From the NCBI GenBank assembly GCA_963662655.2, contig CAXXTU010000002.1:2784001-2848000 (forward strand): DNA of 64,000 nucleotides, in the 5' to 3' direction. The DNA comes from Candidatus Cloacimonadales bacterium (GTDB lineage Bacteria > Cloacimonadota > Cloacimonadia > Cloacimonadales > JAIOQZ01). Position 1 is the first letter of the stretch, and each line of letters opens with the position of its first letter. The notes beneath the pieces were generated by a model that did not search any database, was not told where the DNA came from, and saw only the letters and a program-made list of their open reading frames with translations. Made by a program: the position numbers and the translations under genes. Of the stretch, positions 62,480-64,000 are shown piece by piece.

Positions 62480-64000
62480 ATGCGAGTCTTGATAGCTACA
62501 TTCGTAATTCTGATCATTGTAAGTACCCTTTTTGCGGACGGTATTCAGCCGGAAGGGTCCGGAACGCAGGTTGATCCGTACCGGATTGATTCTCTGGACA
62601 ACCTCCTCTGGCTCGGAACGAGAGAGGCTGCTATCACTGGATACTACATCCAAACGACCGATATAAACGCAGCACCGACACGTGACTGGTTTGATGGCAC
62701 CGGATTTCTCCCGATCGGCGAATCCGCGTCTAACCCGTTCTCAGGCAACTTCGATGGTCAGGGATATGTCATCGATAGCTTGTATATCAATAATGACGGT
62801 TGGGATGGATATGCTATGTTCCGGTTTATCACGGAAGCCACCATCCGGAATGTCAATCTCACAAACGTCGATTGCAGTGGGGAAGATTGCCTGGCGGGGC
62901 TTACCGTTGTAGCTACCAACTCCTTCATCAACAATTGTCATGTGGACGGCAACTTCTCCGGGCGCTTTAGCATCTCGACCCTGGTAAGCAATGCCAGCTC
63001 ATGCCAGATCGTCAACTGCAGCGCGGCGGGTACGATTACGGGCACCCAGAGCGCTGCTGGCGGGTTGATATCCGAGGCGTCCGATATTGAAATGAGCGAT
63101 TGCTCATTTAACGGTACGGTGAACGGTTACCAGTATGCCGGCGGACTCATTGGCTTCATCTACAGCAGCACGGCCACGGTTGAGAACTGCACGGTGGATG
63201 GGTTTGTCACTGGGGTATCGTATGTTGGCGGTATTGTGGGTAGCAGCAATTCCGATATAACGGATTGCGTGGTTCATGCGGATGTGGAAGGTGTGATGTA
63301 CACCGGCGGTATTTTGGGCTATTCATGGGGCGTCGATGTATCAGGGTGCGCAACAACGGGCAATGTTAAAGGCGAGACCAGAACAGGGGGTATCATCGGT
63401 TGCGCGAACTTCGGGAGCGAAACGATCGATTGCAGGTTTCTCGGAACGGTGTATGGAACTTTCTATGTCGGCGGAATCAACGGTGAGTCTGTAGAATCGG
63501 ACATCAACGATTCCTATATCAATGCGACCGTGACAAGCTCCGGGAATCTAACCGGTGGAATGGTGGGGTACCAGACAACGGCCAGCTCCGTGAATGGGTG
63601 TTTCGCGAAAGGCGTCGTATCGAGTGAAGGTAATTCCGTCGGCGGTATTGTCGGCTGGAACAACGGCGGTTCGACGATAACGAATTGCTACAATTTCGCG
63701 CAGATATCGGGCAACGAGCGAGTCGGAGGTATTACCGGAAGGAACATCGTTAATGCGGAGGTGCATAACTGCTACAGCAAGGGGCTCATCGAGGGTGTCG
63801 ATGAAACAGGCGGGTTAGTAGGCTTCAGCAGCTCGATTGTTGAAAACTCCTTCTGGGATACGGAAACCTCCGGCCAGGAACAAAGCTCCGGCGGAACGGG
63901 ACTTTCCACGGAAGATATGTTGTCGATTGCGACGTACCTGGATGCCGGGTGGGATTTTATTGGCGAGACGGATAACGGTATTGAAGACATCTGGACGTTG
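62480..64000 (+). CDS. Secreted GLUG-repeat (beta-helix) protein, runs off the window
   Basis: Not in the ORF track. GGAGG RBS; MRVLIATFVILIIVSTLFA signal, GSGTQVDPYRI, FLPIG, FSGNFDGQG and repeated VGGIVG motifs. Confidence 0.85.
   Translation, partial: MRVLIATFVILIIVSTLFADGIQPEGSGTQVDPYRIDSLDNLLWLGTREAAITGYYIQTTDINAAPTRDWFDGTGFLPIGESASNPFSGNFDGQGYVIDSLYINNDGWDGYAMFRFITEATIRNVNLTNVDCSGEDCLAGLTVVATNSFINNCHVDGNFSGRFSISTLVSNASSCQIVNCSAAGTITGTQSAAGGLISEASDIEMSDCSFNGTVNGYQYAGGLIGFIYSSTATVENCTVDGFVTGVSYVGGIVGSSNSDITDCVVHADVEGVMYTGGILGYSWGVDVSGCATTGNVKGETRTGGIIGCANFGSETIDCRFLGTVYGTFYVGGINGESVESDINDSYINATVTSSGNLTGGMVGYQTTASSVNGCFAKGVVSSEGNSVGGIVGWNNGGSTITNCYNFAQISGNERVGGITGRNIVNAEVHNCYSKGLIEGVDETGGLVGFSSSIVENSFWDTETSGQEQSSGGTGLSTEDMLSIATYLDAGWDFIGETDNGIEDIWTL

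Overview
Bacterial chromosome window of moderately high GC. The secreted proteins with FlgD/T9SS-like C-terminal domains, the GLUG-repeat protein and the overall gene content suggest an FCB-group anaerobe, plausibly Candidatus Cloacimonadota (inference only). It is probably origin-proximal: rsmG-parA-parB, two parS-like 16-mers, a complete F1Fo ATP synthase operon and obgE are present. Two near-identical 1347-bp ISL3 copies lie in inverted orientation. Most interesting signals: (1) a family of four 103-128 bp long-hairpin repeats (7389, 9282, 57251, 58379) with conserved mismatches, a conserved internal loop and covarying stems; (2) an ATP synthase with two c-subunit genes, one a normal Na+-type hairpin and one a 250-aa triple hairpin that keeps the essential Glu in only one of three repeats; (3) an AT-rich single-gene island encoding a TM-NTPase(STAND-like)-TPR protein next to a C-terminal remnant of a secreted-protein gene; (4) a histidine ammonia-lyase whose MIO tripeptide is Ala-Cys-Gly instead of Ala-Ser-Gly; (5) a second REP-like repeat family found beside both IS copies. 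No rRNA, tRNA or CRISPR array was seen.
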